DNA of 45,585 nucleotides, taken from positions 1-45,585 of the IMG/VR virus record IMGVR_UViG_3300019874_000008; one strand, written 5' to 3'. The translations under genes and the position numbers were made by a program. The notes under the pieces are model-generated. The model saw only the letters and a program-made list of their open reading frames with translations. It made no database searches and was not told the DNA's origin. This stretch comes from a virus. Lineage: Duplodnaviria; Caudoviricetes. Below are positions 36,999-45,585 of this stretch, piece after piece; position 1 is the stretch's first letter; every line of letters begins with the position of its first letter.

Positions 36999-37346
36999 AT
37001 GAAAGCAATTTTTTTAGCCCTAATGATGGCTTTATCATTATCAAGTTTTGCGGATGGTGGCAAGCCGCAGCCTAAGAAATTTAAGTACGTGGTAACTTTT
37101 ACAGTTAAAACATTTTGGAACCCTGAAGGTCCATTAGGTGGAGATGGTGATAAGTGTTACCGAGTGACATTTAACTCTTCAAATATGAGGATAACATACC
37201 AGAGAATAAGTTGTGGAGGGCAAATAGATTATCTTTATCCCTGGGGCTATGACCTTGTCTCTAATGAATGCCAAATTTTAAAAAGTGCCACACAAGAATA
37301 CCTTGGCGCTAACCCTACTAACTGTCTCATGGGAGAAGATAATTAA
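36999..37346 (+). CDS. Secreted hypothetical protein
   Basis: MKAIFLALMMALSLSSFA signal peptide; four Cys. Confidence 0.75.
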   Translation: MKAIFLALMMALSLSSFADGGKPQPKKFKYVVTFTVKTFWNPEGPLGGDGDKCYRVTFNSSNMRITYQRISCGGQIDYLYPWGYDLVSNECQILKSATQEYLGANPTNCLMGEDN

Positions 37347-37368
37347 ATGTTTTATTTTTTACGGTTTC

Positions 37369-37396
37369 AGCCCTTACACAAAGCAGGGGCTTTTTT
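37369..37396 (+). terminator. Intrinsic terminator
   Basis: AGCCCTT...AGGGGCT-T run. Confidence 0.7.
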
Positions 37397-37473
37397 ATTT
37401 TGGTGCAACGAGGTTGCAAAGATATTTATTGCGAATTGTTTTGTAGTATCATTACTTTACATATCTTTACACC

Positions 37474-37629
37474 ATGTTACAATATTTTACAACAACAGAG
37501 GCGGCTAAAATGCTAAAGATTTCCCGACAAACTTTGTACAATTGGCGCAAAGAAGGAAAGATAAAAGCAAATACAACAGGTACGACTATACGCTATACCG
37601 AAGCCGCAATAAAAAAAGCAATGAAATGA
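37474..37629 (+). CDS. Excisionase/MerR-like HTH protein (51 aa; not in ORF track)
   Basis: FTTTEAAKMLKISRQTLYNWRKEGKI. Confidence 0.85.
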   Translation: MLQYFTTTEAAKMLKISRQTLYNWRKEGKIKANTTGTTIRYTEAAIKKAMK

Positions 37630-37731
37630 CAAAGCCATCAGGTAAAGAAATTGTAGCGCAAGTATTCCCTTACATAGATGACAAAGCAGTTGAGGGGCTT
37701 TAAAAACGTAAACAATCTAAAAAGAAATAGT

Positions 37732-37953
37732 ATGAACTTAGACACACTAATGCAGGTTAGCCTTATGATCTACGATGAATTAAGTACCGACAAGGCAAAA
37801 GAAAGTAAAGCTATCATTAAAAAGATTGATAGAGCTAAATCAGATCAAGACTGGAAGGATGGTATTGTTGCAGCAGTTGCCCGTTTACGTGAATTGGGAA
37901 AAACTGCTATGGCAGATAATATCCAAAGCCAAACAAAAGGTTTTGCATTTTAA
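37732..37953 (+). CDS. Hypothetical protein
   Basis: ORF with A-rich start context. Confidence 0.6.
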   Translation: MNLDTLMQVSLMIYDELSTDKAKESKAIIKKIDRAKSDQDWKDGIVAAVARLRELGKTAMADNIQSQTKGFAF

Positions 37954-37992
37954 CCCCCACCGAAATTATTTAACCAATTAAAAATAGAGAAG

Positions 37993-38190
37993 ATGAAAAT
38001 AGTTGCAACCGTTTTATTGGCATTATTAACCGCACTAACCCCTGTTATATGCGCTATTTTATATGTTGAATTACCGGCAAAATATGGAACGCCTGGGGTT
38101 ATGTTTGGTTTTACATTTTCAACATTATTTATCATGGCTTTATCAATTGTAGCTATGGTTAAATTGAACAAATGGAAGATTGGTTTCTAA
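37993..38190 (+). CDS. Small two-TM membrane protein
   Basis: Two hydrophobic helices. Confidence 0.55.
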   Translation: MKIVATVLLALLTALTPVICAILYVELPAKYGTPGVMFGFTFSTLFIMALSIVAMVKLNKWKIGF

Positions 38191-38294
38191 CTAAACCCGC
38201 CCCAACAGCAGGGCGTAAAATTAAAAGCAACAACAGCCGATATTCAGGAAGTGGCAGGAATCAGCTTTAATGATGCTCTAAAAAAGATTGTGAA

Positions 38295-39176
38295 ATGAGG
38301 CATATAGGTCTATTTGAGGGGATAGGCGGCTTTTCACTTGCTGCCAGGTGGATGGGATGGGAAACTGTAGCATGGTGTGAGTGGAATAAATATTGCCAAA
38401 GTATTTTAACTAAATTATTCCCCAATGCAGATAAGTTAGGAGATATTAATAAAACAGATTTTACAAAGTATGCAAACACAATTGATATTCTCACAGGAGG
38501 AGATCCCTGCCAACCAAGTTCTGTTGCAGGCTTGGGAAAAGGCACGACAGACGACCGTTATCTCTGGCCTCAAATGTTTAGATCGGTACGAGAGATACAG
38601 CCACCTTGGTTGGTTAACGAGAATGTTAGTGGATCAATTGCCAACGGCATCCTTGACATCAAGATTGATGATTTGGAAAGTATCGGCTACACCTGCCAAG
38701 CGTATCGTATTCCAGCTGAATCGGTCGGTGCGTTACATCAACGGGAAAGAGTTTGGCTTGTCGCTTATAACGCCAACTTCCACAGAGATATTAAAATCAC
38801 CGGAAGTTTATGCAAATCAAAAGAGAAAAAACAGCCATTGGAAAGGCAACAACACAAAATTTACGAGCCTTGGGAGCCAGTTGATTTATGGGCTGCTAAT
38901 TCCCACCCCGACACTAAACGATTCCAAGAACTCAACAACGCCACCGAGCCAAGAATTTTGCAGGAAAGGGTATCAAGGTACTTTGGTTTCGGCTCTGATA
39001 CACATGGGAATATCCCCCGGTACATTATTAAATCCGGAATTATGGGAATGCTTGATGGGCTACCCGAAGGGATGGACTACGTTGACAGGGGTAAACGTAT
39101 TGAAGCGTTAGGAAATGCAATAGTGCCGGAGGTTGCTTTTGAAATATATAAAGGAATAGAACAGTATCAAAAATAG
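38295..39176 (+). CDS. C5-cytosine DNA methyltransferase, alpha polypeptide
   Basis: LFEGIGG (I), GDPCQ (IV), ENV (VI), HQRERVW (VIII), LGNAIV (X). Confidence 0.92.
   Translation: MRHIGLFEGIGGFSLAARWMGWETVAWCEWNKYCQSILTKLFPNADKLGDINKTDFTKYANTIDILTGGDPCQPSSVAGLGKGTTDDRYLWPQMFRSVREIQPPWLVNENVSGSIANGILDIKIDDLESIGYTCQAYRIPAESVGALHQRERVWLVAYNANFHRDIKITGSLCKSKEKKQPLERQQHKIYEPWEPVDLWAANSHPDTKRFQELNNATEPRILQERVSRYFGFGSDTHGNIPRYIIKSGIMGMLDGLPEGMDYVDRGKRIEALGNAIVPEVAFEIYKGIEQYQK
38470..39111 (+). CDS. C5 MTase beta polypeptide in overlapping +1 frame
   Basis: 213-aa nested ORF; LIPTPT...LNPELWECLMGYPKGWT (TRD and motif IX-like). Confidence 0.75.
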   Translation: MQTQLIFSQEEIPANQVLLQAWEKARQTTVISGLKCLDRYERYSHLGWLTRMLVDQLPTASLTSRLMIWKVSATPAKRIVFQLNRSVRYINGKEFGLSLITPTSTEILKSPEVYANQKRKNSHWKGNNTKFTSLGSQLIYGLLIPTPTLNDSKNSTTPPSQEFCRKGYQGTLVSALIHMGISPGTLLNPELWECLMGYPKGWTTLTGVNVLKR

Positions 39177-39484
39177 CATTACAGTGAGCAAGAAAAAAAC
39201 ATTTATACGTAAAAGAAAGTATTATAAAAAAGACTTTCCTTGGATAAAAAAGAGAATACGTATAAAAAGATAACTATAATATGGAATGAACAGACACGAC
39301 ATTTTAAAACTACAGGCTTCAGGTAAGATCCGTGGGCACAATCTCGGACGCATAGGAGATTGAACGAAAGAGGCGGCATGGGCATGACCGAAATGATAGG
39401 CAATATTAAAAGGTATGATTATACACATATATGCCGAATTAAACACTGCCAGGAAAACGCAGACCTGCTTTTAAAACTTATATC

Positions 39485-39976
39485 ATGACCGAGCAACAAC
39501 TACAGGAAGCGGCGGAGAAAGAGTACCCGATCCTTGAAAATGAAGATCAATATAGAGACTACTACAACATTGCAGAGCATGTTTATGTAGCCGAAGATGT
39601 AGAGGAATACAATAGCAGGCAGCACCGTTTGCGCTCCGCTTTCCTCACCGGTGCTACCTACGCCCAACAGGGGGAGAAGGGACGGAGTGCACCGGATGCA
39701 GCAGTACCACAGGAAGGGTGGGTAAGTGTGGAGGATGCGCCATTGTTCAATAAGACGGGAGCGGATAGCTGCCAAATAAGTATCAGGTATCTTAACAGAT
39801 ATTTTTGGACGACCGAAGGCTGGTTGATACTGAATGTCGGGCGGCTATTTTTAAATTTACAAATTATGAAAGGAATAGATAAAGACATACATGGTATGAA
39901 AGTTAAAATAGGATTGCAAAAGGTATGGCTTAAAAATCTTACCAAAAACAAAAGAAATACAGAGTACGCAGAAGCC
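39485..39976 (+). CDS. Hypothetical phage protein reading in frame into the spanin gene
   Basis: EAAEKEYP...AFLTGATYA...WVSVED; no stop before 39977. Confidence 0.45.
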
Positions 39977-40552
39977 ATGAAACAGCACCGAAACGATTTA
40001 GCCCTCATCTTGATAGGGATTATTATAATGGCATTTTCCTCCTGCTCCACCACCAAACAAAAGTCCGTCACTAAATCCCGTACATCTACCAGTGTTGATA
40101 GCAGCAGTAATACAAGTACATCATCTACGGTTGATAGTGGGAGGGTGGTTAAGGATCGCTCCATCACCACAGTAACAACAGACGATAGTACGGTAACGGT
40201 TACGGTTATTGAATACAACAATGATAGCCTTGTATTAGATGCCATATTCAACAGGGGCAGCAACGGTACGGCAACCGACTACATACAACCTATCCGTACC
40301 ATCACCACACGAACGGCTACAAGGGCTAAGGCTGTTACAGTAACGGCGGTTGATGTTGTTGATAGCAGCGGGCATAGGAGTACCGCAGCATCCGCCGTAC
40401 GCATCCAGGTGCATAAGGCCAGTGAGATCAGTACGTATAGTAAGAATAAGGAGGTGAGTAGATGGAATTTAATGTGGTTGTTGTTGTTGATCCCCGCCTG
40501 GATATTCCGCAAAGACATAGCGGCGTTATTTAAAACTAAAACAACAATATAA
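39977..40552 (+). CDS. Lipoprotein with C-terminal TM; unimolecular spanin candidate
   Basis: MKQHRNDLALILIGIIIMAFSSC lipobox, Ser/Thr-rich body, WNLMWLLLLIPAWIF; next to endolysin. Confidence 0.65.
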   Translation: MKQHRNDLALILIGIIIMAFSSCSTTKQKSVTKSRTSTSVDSSSNTSTSSTVDSGRVVKDRSITTVTTDDSTVTVTVIEYNNDSLVLDAIFNRGSNGTATDYIQPIRTITTRTATRAKAVTVTAVDVVDSSGHRSTAASAVRIQVHKASEISTYSKNKEVSRWNLMWLLLLIPAWIFRKDIAALFKTKTTI

Positions 40553-40608
40553 TGGCAAAGATTGAATTACTTACACCGCTGATTACTAAATGGGAAGGCG
40601 TTAGTTAA
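40552..40608 (+). pseudogene. Truncated duplicate of the endolysin 5' end
   Basis: MAKIELLTPLITKWEGVS* versus [18 protein letters not shown]. Confidence 0.75.
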
Positions 40609-40636
40609 TGAATTTTATTATCTTTGATAAAAAAAA

Positions 40637-40941
40637 ATGTATAAATTAAAAGGAAGGCCATCGCAATCTGCAAGTAGTAATCATAATTACAAGCATGGAG
40701 GAAAAGGCACTAAGCTGTATAATGTATGGAAAGGAATTAGAAGACGGTGCAATAATTTAAACAATAAATACTATGGCGGTAAAGGAATAGCTGTATGTGA
40801 AGATTGGAATAATTTTGACGTGTTTGGGAGTTGGGCAATAGAACATGGGTACAAAGATATGCAGGTTAAAATCTATTAATTTACAAACATTTCTGTCTAG
40901 GGTAGGAAGACTTGGATGGGATTTAAAAAAAGCAATTGAAC
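40637..40941 (+). pseudogene. Degenerate HNH homing endonuclease
   Basis: KHG...LYNVWKGIRRRC...YGGKGIAVCEDW..F N-terminus; HNH core absent; [10 protein letters not shown] tail in another frame. Confidence 0.7.
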
Positions 40942-41463
40942 ATGGCAAACATTGAACTATTAGCTCCCTCTATCGTAAAATGGGAAAGCGATAAATATGT
41001 AAACGATCCGTTGGATAAGGGCGGCCCAACAAAATATGGAATTACGCTAGCAACATGGAAAAGCGTTGGAGTAGATAAAGATGGCGATGGCGACATAGAC
41101 GCTAACGATGTAAAATTGCTTACCAAAGGCGATTTTAGTCGTGTTTTAAGGCAGTACTGGGATAGGTGGCAGGCTGATAAAATCTTTAACCAATCTATTG
41201 CTGATATCCTGGTTGATTGGGTTTGGGGAAGCGGTAAGTGGGGGATCGTTATTCCGCAAAGGTTATTAGGATTAAACGCTGATGGTGTAGTAGGGCCTAA
41301 AACAATTGCTGCAGTAAATGCACAAGATCCGAAAAAATTCTTTGATCAAATATTTGCAGCCCGGGTAAAGTTTATTAATGACATTGTCGCGAACAACCCA
41401 TCGCAGAAAAAGTTTATTAAAGGCTGGATGAACCGGCTGAATGATTTTAAATATAGTGTATAA
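40942..41463 (+). CDS. Endolysin, glycoside hydrolase family 108 with peptidoglycan-binding domain
   Basis: WE...[33 protein letters not shown]. Confidence 0.93.
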   Translation: MANIELLAPSIVKWESDKYVNDPLDKGGPTKYGITLATWKSVGVDKDGDGDIDANDVKLLTKGDFSRVLRQYWDRWQADKIFNQSIADILVDWVWGSGKWGIVIPQRLLGLNADGVVGPKTIAAVNAQDPKKFFDQIFAARVKFINDIVANNPSQKKFIKGWMNRLNDFKYSV

Positions 41464-41517
41464 AAAATGTAAAAAGCCTGCAATTTGGTTCTCCTTAAAG
41501 TTTTCTTGGTTTCTATC

Positions 41518-41550
41518 AACAGCCCCGGCATTTTTATGTTGGGGCTGTTT
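41518..41550 (+). terminator. Terminator after endolysin
   Basis: AACAGCCCCGGCA...TGTTGGGGCTGTTT. Confidence 0.75.
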
Positions 41551-41621
41551 GCAACATGGTTGCTAAAATAAATATTAGTACATAATAGTTATGTATGGAT
41601 AATAAGTTGTAGTATTGTGGT

Positions 41622-41756
41622 ATGAAAAAGAAAACAGGCCCAAAGCCTAAACCTAAAAAGGAACTGAAAGTACAGTGCGTAACTTATGTTAAGAAAAAGA
41701 ACCATGACGATGTAAAAGCCAGGTTCAATAAAATTATAGCTGATGAAGAACTGTAA
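41622..41756 (+). CDS. Small basic DNA-binding-like protein (44 aa; not in ORF track)
   Basis: MKKKTGPKPKPKKELKVQCVTYV. Confidence 0.55.
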   Translation: MKKKTGPKPKPKKELKVQCVTYVKKKNHDDVKARFNKIIADEEL

Positions 41757-42024
41757 CCTCTCCCAATCCTCACCCCTCCACCCCTTAGCCGGGGCCATCT
41801 TTAACCAGAATGATCCGGTTGCCTACCTGGGGTTTATCGACCGCATAGAGCGGCTGGTACACGGTAAAACTGATATGGTAAGCCGTGCGATACGTGGCGG
41901 CATTAAAAACGGTTTGCCCGCTAAATTAATAGTGTTGGAAATAAAACAAATGATCACCGACAATCGCCCCGCTATGGTAGAGATACTTAACGAAAGGGTG
42001 GTGGGGCAAATAGAAAAGTTATGA
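41743..42024 (+). CDS. Hypothetical protein
   Basis: Overlaps both neighbours. Confidence 0.55.
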   Translation: MKNCNLSQSSPLHPLAGAIFNQNDPVAYLGFIDRIERLVHGKTDMVSRAIRGGIKNGLPAKLIVLEIKQMITDNRPAMVEILNERVVGQIEKL

Positions 42025-42602
42025 GCGAAATTAAAACATTTTCTGTGGATGCTTGCAGCAGATCGGAGATAAAGAGTTTTATAGAAACATGGCACTACTC
42101 AAAAAGTATAAACGGCCTGCATAGCGAATATTGCTTTAAATTAGTTAACAAGGAACACACCTTAATAGGGGCTGCAATTTTTGGTAAAATGGCAATGGCT
42201 GGCGCTTATAAAAAATATGGGTCAGATGAAAGTTCTGTTATAGAGTTAAGAAGATTATGCTGTATAGATGAAACGCCAAAAAATACTGAAAGTTTTTTTA
42301 TAGGTCATTGTTTAAGATGGTTAAGAAAAAATACAGAGATAAAAACAGTTGTTAGTTACGCAGATAATTTTTACAACCATAACGGCACGATATACAAAGC
42401 GTCTAATTTTGTATTTAAAGGACTAACTTCTCCTGGTAGGGTGATAATGTTTAATGGTAAAAAATACCATGATAAGTGTGTAAGGACTACATACAATGGC
42501 GTTTTAAAACCATTCGCTTTAAAAATAAAGGAGGCTTTAAGTAATGGAAACGCATTTTACATAAAAACTCCCGGTAAAAACATATTTACTTACTCACTAT
42601 GA
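42021..42602 (+). CDS. Mom-like (GNAT-fold) DNA modification protein
   Basis: WHYSK, ELRRLC...PKNTESFFIG...VVSYAD...GTIYKASNF. Confidence 0.8.
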   Translation: MSEIKTFSVDACSRSEIKSFIETWHYSKSINGLHSEYCFKLVNKEHTLIGAAIFGKMAMAGAYKKYGSDESSVIELRRLCCIDETPKNTESFFIGHCLRWLRKNTEIKTVVSYADNFYNHNGTIYKASNFVFKGLTSPGRVIMFNGKKYHDKCVRTTYNGVLKPFALKIKEALSNGNAFYIKTPGKNIFTYSL

Positions 42603-42821
42603 GAACAGTCCTCCACATCCTTCACACCATGACCATCGGCCTGGTATCGCTTGCATGGGCATTACCCGCAGCGGCAATAATTATGGTGTGCAGCAGGATG
42701 CCGAACGGGAACGGGAGGAGGGAGGATGTGAAATTGTAACGGTGTTGCAAAGATAAATTTGACGGTATCATAATGATACCATAATTTAGCAGTATTAAAT
42801 AACAATCAAAAACTTTACACA

Positions 42822-43601
42822 ATGACAAAGATTAAACTTTCAATTACTAACCGCTGGACAGGATCGATTATTTTCGAGTATGAAAAAGAAAATAATACAA
42901 TAGCGCAAACTGTTAGGGAAGCTATAAAGGGTGGTGCCAACCTTAGTGGTGCCGACCTTAGTGGTGCCAACCTTAGTGGTGCCAACCTTAGTGGTGCCGA
43001 CCTTAGTGGTGCCAACCTTAGTGGTGCCGACCTTAGAAGTGCCGACCTTAGAAGTGCCGACCTTAGTGGTGCCGACCTTAGAAGTGCCAACCTTAGTGGT
43101 GCCGACCTTAGTGGTGCCGACCTTAGTGGTGCCGACCTTAGAAGTGCCAACCTTAGTGGTGCCAACCTTAGAAGTGCCAACCTTAGTGGTGCCAACCTTA
43201 GTGGTGCCAACCTTAGTGGTGCCAACCTTAGTGGTGCCGACCTTAGAAGTGCCGACCTTAGTGGTGCGTTAAATGCTGATTACGCAATAGCCCTAACCCG
43301 TGTGTGCGCAGATGGAGATATTATAGGATGGAAAAAATGCGAAAACGGCGTGATCGTAAAATTACTTATCCCAAAAGAAGCAAAAAGAAACAATGCTTTT
43401 GGCAGGAAATGCAGGGCCGAATATGCGGATGTTTTAGAAATAATTGGGGCTGATATCGCCCGTAGCTCACATTATCACTCCTTCACTTACAAAGTAGGTG
43501 ATCGGGTAAGGCCGTCCGAACCTTTTAACGAAGATTTTACTAACGAATGCTCAACAGGTATTCACTTTTTTATAACAAGAATTGAAGCAGAAAATTATTG
43601 A
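42822..43601 (+). CDS. Pentapeptide-repeat protein with DUF5758-like C-terminus
   Basis: 22 A(D/N)L(S/R)(G/S) units; IVKLLIP...RKCRAE...[12 protein letters not shown]. Confidence 0.92.
   Translation: MTKIKLSITNRWTGSIIFEYEKENNTIAQTVREAIKGGANLSGADLSGANLSGANLSGADLSGANLSGADLRSADLRSADLSGADLRSANLSGADLSGADLSGADLRSANLSGANLRSANLSGANLSGANLSGANLSGADLRSADLSGALNADYAIALTRVCADGDIIGWKKCENGVIVKLLIPKEAKRNNAFGRKCRAEYADVLEIIGADIARSSHYHSFTYKVGDRVRPSEPFNEDFTNECSTGIHFFITRIEAENY
42933..43267 (+). repeat. 15-bp coding tandem repeat, about 22 copies
   Basis: (G/A)GTGCC(A/G)ACCTTAG(T/A). Confidence 0.97.
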
Positions 43602-43666
43602 TGGTTTCCTGTAAGGTTCCATCTACGACCAAAGCCGCACCTGTAAATAGGGCGGCTATTGGCGGC

Positions 43667-43816
43667 ATGAAGAAGAACTTATCCAGAACAGTACGGTTTG
43701 AAACAGTAGCACAGGTGCGGCTGTTAGAGAAGATTGCTGAAAAGAAGAAGCAATCAGGCAATAAAGCGATACTAACGCTTATTGATAACGAAGCTAAAAA
43801 ATTGAAGTTATGCTAA
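43667..43816 (+). CDS. Ribbon-helix-helix-like protein
   Basis: SRTVRF...LLEKIAEKKKQSGNKAILTLI. Confidence 0.6.
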   Translation: MKKNLSRTVRFETVAQVRLLEKIAEKKKQSGNKAILTLIDNEAKKLKLC

Positions 43817-44049
43817 TCGAAAACATAACTACGGAATTAAAAGATACCAATGGATCTATCAGAGCCACTTTTGATGTTAAGATTGTTGACGGGGAAATAA
43901 ATATATCAAAAATACACAGTATATTTTTCGCTATTGGTCTTTCAAGTTATTTTAATTCTATCGACCTTGTACATGATAACTGCTGGCACTTACAATTAAA
44001 GTTACGTGCGTGGGTAGCCGAACAAACCATTAAAGCACTTCAGCCATGA
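43810..44049 (+). CDS. Hypothetical protein
   Basis: Coupled ORF. Confidence 0.55.
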   Translation: MLIENITTELKDTNGSIRATFDVKIVDGEINISKIHSIFFAIGLSSYFNSIDLVHDNCWHLQLKLRAWVAEQTIKALQP

Positions 44050-44246
44050 CCCCCCAACAGATCGAATATGAGAAACACATAGCCCTTAACCCGGAAGATG
44101 TATTAACGCACAGGAACTATAAGAGGTATAAGCCGACGGCCCTGGCTGAGAAGTGGAAGTGGATTGATGGGTTGAGTGATGAGGATAGGGAGAAGTTGAA
44201 GGCGGAGAATGAGCAGGAAAGAGCGAAGGATAAGTATAGGGAATGA
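44046..44246 (+). CDS. Hypothetical protein
   Basis: ATGA-coupled ORF. Confidence 0.55.
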   Translation: MTPQQIEYEKHIALNPEDVLTHRNYKRYKPTALAEKWKWIDGLSDEDREKLKAENEQERAKDKYRE

Positions 44247-44388
44247 CGAGCCACCGTCCCGTAAGGTTATCACCTGTTGTCGGTTACGTAGACACGGGCA
44301 GGGTTTAGCGACAAGAAATGATACTGGAAGTCGCACGGGGCGGTGGTTTTTTCATAGGACAATTGCGTAAGCAGTTTTGGTAAACACG

Positions 44389-44415
44389 GGCCTGTGTTTC
44401 TACACGGGCTTTTTT
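44389..44415 (+). terminator. Intrinsic terminator
   Basis: GGCCTGTGT-TTCT-ACACGGGCT-T run. Confidence 0.75.
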
Positions 44416-44447
44416 AAAATTATTTTTCAACCATAAATAAATATAAA

Positions 44448-45338
44448 ATGCAATTACAAACGGCAACCAGAAAAAAGGTTAAAATAAAGATTGGTATTGA
44501 TGGTGTAGCAGGATCGGGAAAGACAAAGGGAGCGCTCCGATTCGCTTATGGCATGACAGGTGATTGGGGTAAGATTGCTTTAATAGACACCGAAAACAGC
44601 TCGGGTAGCCTTTACAGCCACTTAGGCCCGTTTCAAACCTTAGACTTAGCGCCGCCCTTTAATCCTGAGAAATTTGTGCAAGCCATCAAGGTTTGCGAAG
44701 ATGCAGGAATGGAGGTTATCATTATCGATAGCACTTCGCACGAATGGTCTGGCCCTGGCGGTTGCCTTGAATTGAATGAGGCATTAGCGCAGCAGAAATA
44801 CCGTGGTAATACATGGAGCGCATGGAATGAAACGACACCACGCCATGAAGCGTTTTTGCACGCTATGCTGCAATCTAAATGCCACATCATTGCTTGCGCC
44901 CGTGCTAAGATGGAAACCGTGATGGGCGATGATAAGAAGGTAAAAAAGGTTGGTATGAAAAATATCCAACGTGATACTACCGAATACGAATGGTCGCTGC
45001 AATTATCTTTGGATAGAGATACACATAAAGCTATTGCGGGTAAAGATCGTACTGAATTATTTGAAGGTTTAGATCCATTTTTTATAACTGAGGCAACCGG
45101 CGCTTTAGTTCGCAACTGGTGCGAAACCGGCATCGATCCAAAACAGGCAGAAGCGGAGGCTTTACTGGCAGCAACTAAAGAGGCCGATGCAAAGCTGAGG
45201 ACAGCGGCTACATTACCAGCATTACAGGCGGTGTTTACATCGCTACCTGCGAATATTAAAAAGGCTTTGGTAGCTGTTAAGGATGAAATGAAGGTGAAGT
45301 TAACCCCTAAACCAACTGCAGCGCAACCCGCCGCCTGA
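44448..45338 (+). CDS. AAA_24/Sak4-like ATPase (recombination)
   Basis: GVAGSGKT, LIDTE, IIIDSTSHEW, KDRT. Confidence 0.85.
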   Translation: MQLQTATRKKVKIKIGIDGVAGSGKTKGALRFAYGMTGDWGKIALIDTENSSGSLYSHLGPFQTLDLAPPFNPEKFVQAIKVCEDAGMEVIIIDSTSHEWSGPGGCLELNEALAQQKYRGNTWSAWNETTPRHEAFLHAMLQSKCHIIACARAKMETVMGDDKKVKKVGMKNIQRDTTEYEWSLQLSLDRDTHKAIAGKDRTELFEGLDPFFITEATGALVRNWCETGIDPKQAEAEALLAATKEADAKLRTAATLPALQAVFTSLPANIKKALVAVKDEMKVKLTPKPTAAQPAA

Positions 45339-45388
45339 CTCGCCACCGGAATTGATAACGTGATAATAATTGAAAAAATATAAATAAT

Positions 45389-45585
45389 ATGACAAAGATT
45401 TTTAAAAATTACAAAGCATTTTTATACCGTACTGATAGAAAAGAAAACGGTGTAACGCAGGAATTTGCAGACAACAATCCAGACTACGAAAAGGACAACG
45501 AAAGCAACGAAGGGTGCTTTAATTGTATCGGTTGTAGCGGTTGTAGCGGTTGTAGCGGTTGTAGCGGTTGTAGCGGTTGTAGCGG
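45389..45585 (+). CDS. 5' part of Cys-x-x repeat protein (continues at position 1)
   Basis: MTKIFKNYKAF...NEGCFNCIGCSGCSG..., open to the window end. Confidence 0.85.
   Translation, partial: MTKIFKNYKAFLYRTDRKENGVTQEFADNNPDYEKDNESNEGCFNCIGCSGCSGCSGCSGCSGCS

Larger units (their letters stand above)
1..45585. mobile_element. Siphovirus-type bacteriophage genome (HK97-like head), near complete and circularly permuted; probable Bacteroidota host
   Basis: Terminase, portal, protease, capsid, tail, lysis and replication modules present; no host housekeeping genes; both ends lie in the same repeat-containing ORF. Confidence 0.93.

Noticed and set aside
39180-39488. YopX-like remnant (EMIGNI...ENADLL)
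   Set aside because: Only a short fragment; too weak to call
40552-40941. Group I intron in the endolysin
   Set aside because: No P/Q/R/S core visible, and the downstream gene has its own complete N-terminus
37404-41567. TGCAAC-N3/4-GTTGC palindromes after two terminators (37404 and about 41550)
   Set aside because: Only two short copies; cannot distinguish an operator from a generic host-type repeat
42815-43272. Alternative-frame and antisense ORFs (APLRL and VVPTL repeats)
   Set aside because: By-products of a stop-free 15-bp repeat; only the A(D/N)LxG frame has sensible flanking domains

Overview
This window looks like a near-complete, circularly permuted genome (~45.6 kb) of a tailed dsDNA siphophage with an HK97-type head. 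The contig opens and closes inside the same 9-bp Cys-repeat gene. A Bacteroidota host is inferred from repeated TTTG-N19/20-TAnnTTTG promoters and A-rich gene starts without Shine-Dalgarno sequences. Gene order on the + strand: replication and modification genes (m6A MTase, tRNA-like element, SSB, SF2 helicase, primase-helicase, iteron origin, nucleases), then terS, an ~8 kb glycan biosynthesis cluster, terL, head, tail, holins, an accessory block with a C5 MTase, spanin and endolysin, a Mom-like gene, a pentapeptide-repeat protein and a Sak4-like ATPase. No integrase, ParA/ParB or CI-type repressor is recognisable. The main signals are: (1) two inverted XerC/XerD dif-like sites flanking a 1.85 kb membrane-protein cassette in the tail operon, plus two parS-like sites inside genes, suggesting maintenance by host XerCD and ParABS; (2) a soluble glycosylation pathway between terS and terL, carrying an Acb2/Tad1-like gene and a degenerate prohead-protease paralogue and preceded by a kissing-loop leader; (3) C4/CI-like antisense RNA architectures; (4) a C5 MTase with a nested out-of-frame beta subunit. 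All calls come from reading motifs by eye; no searches or folding computations were run.
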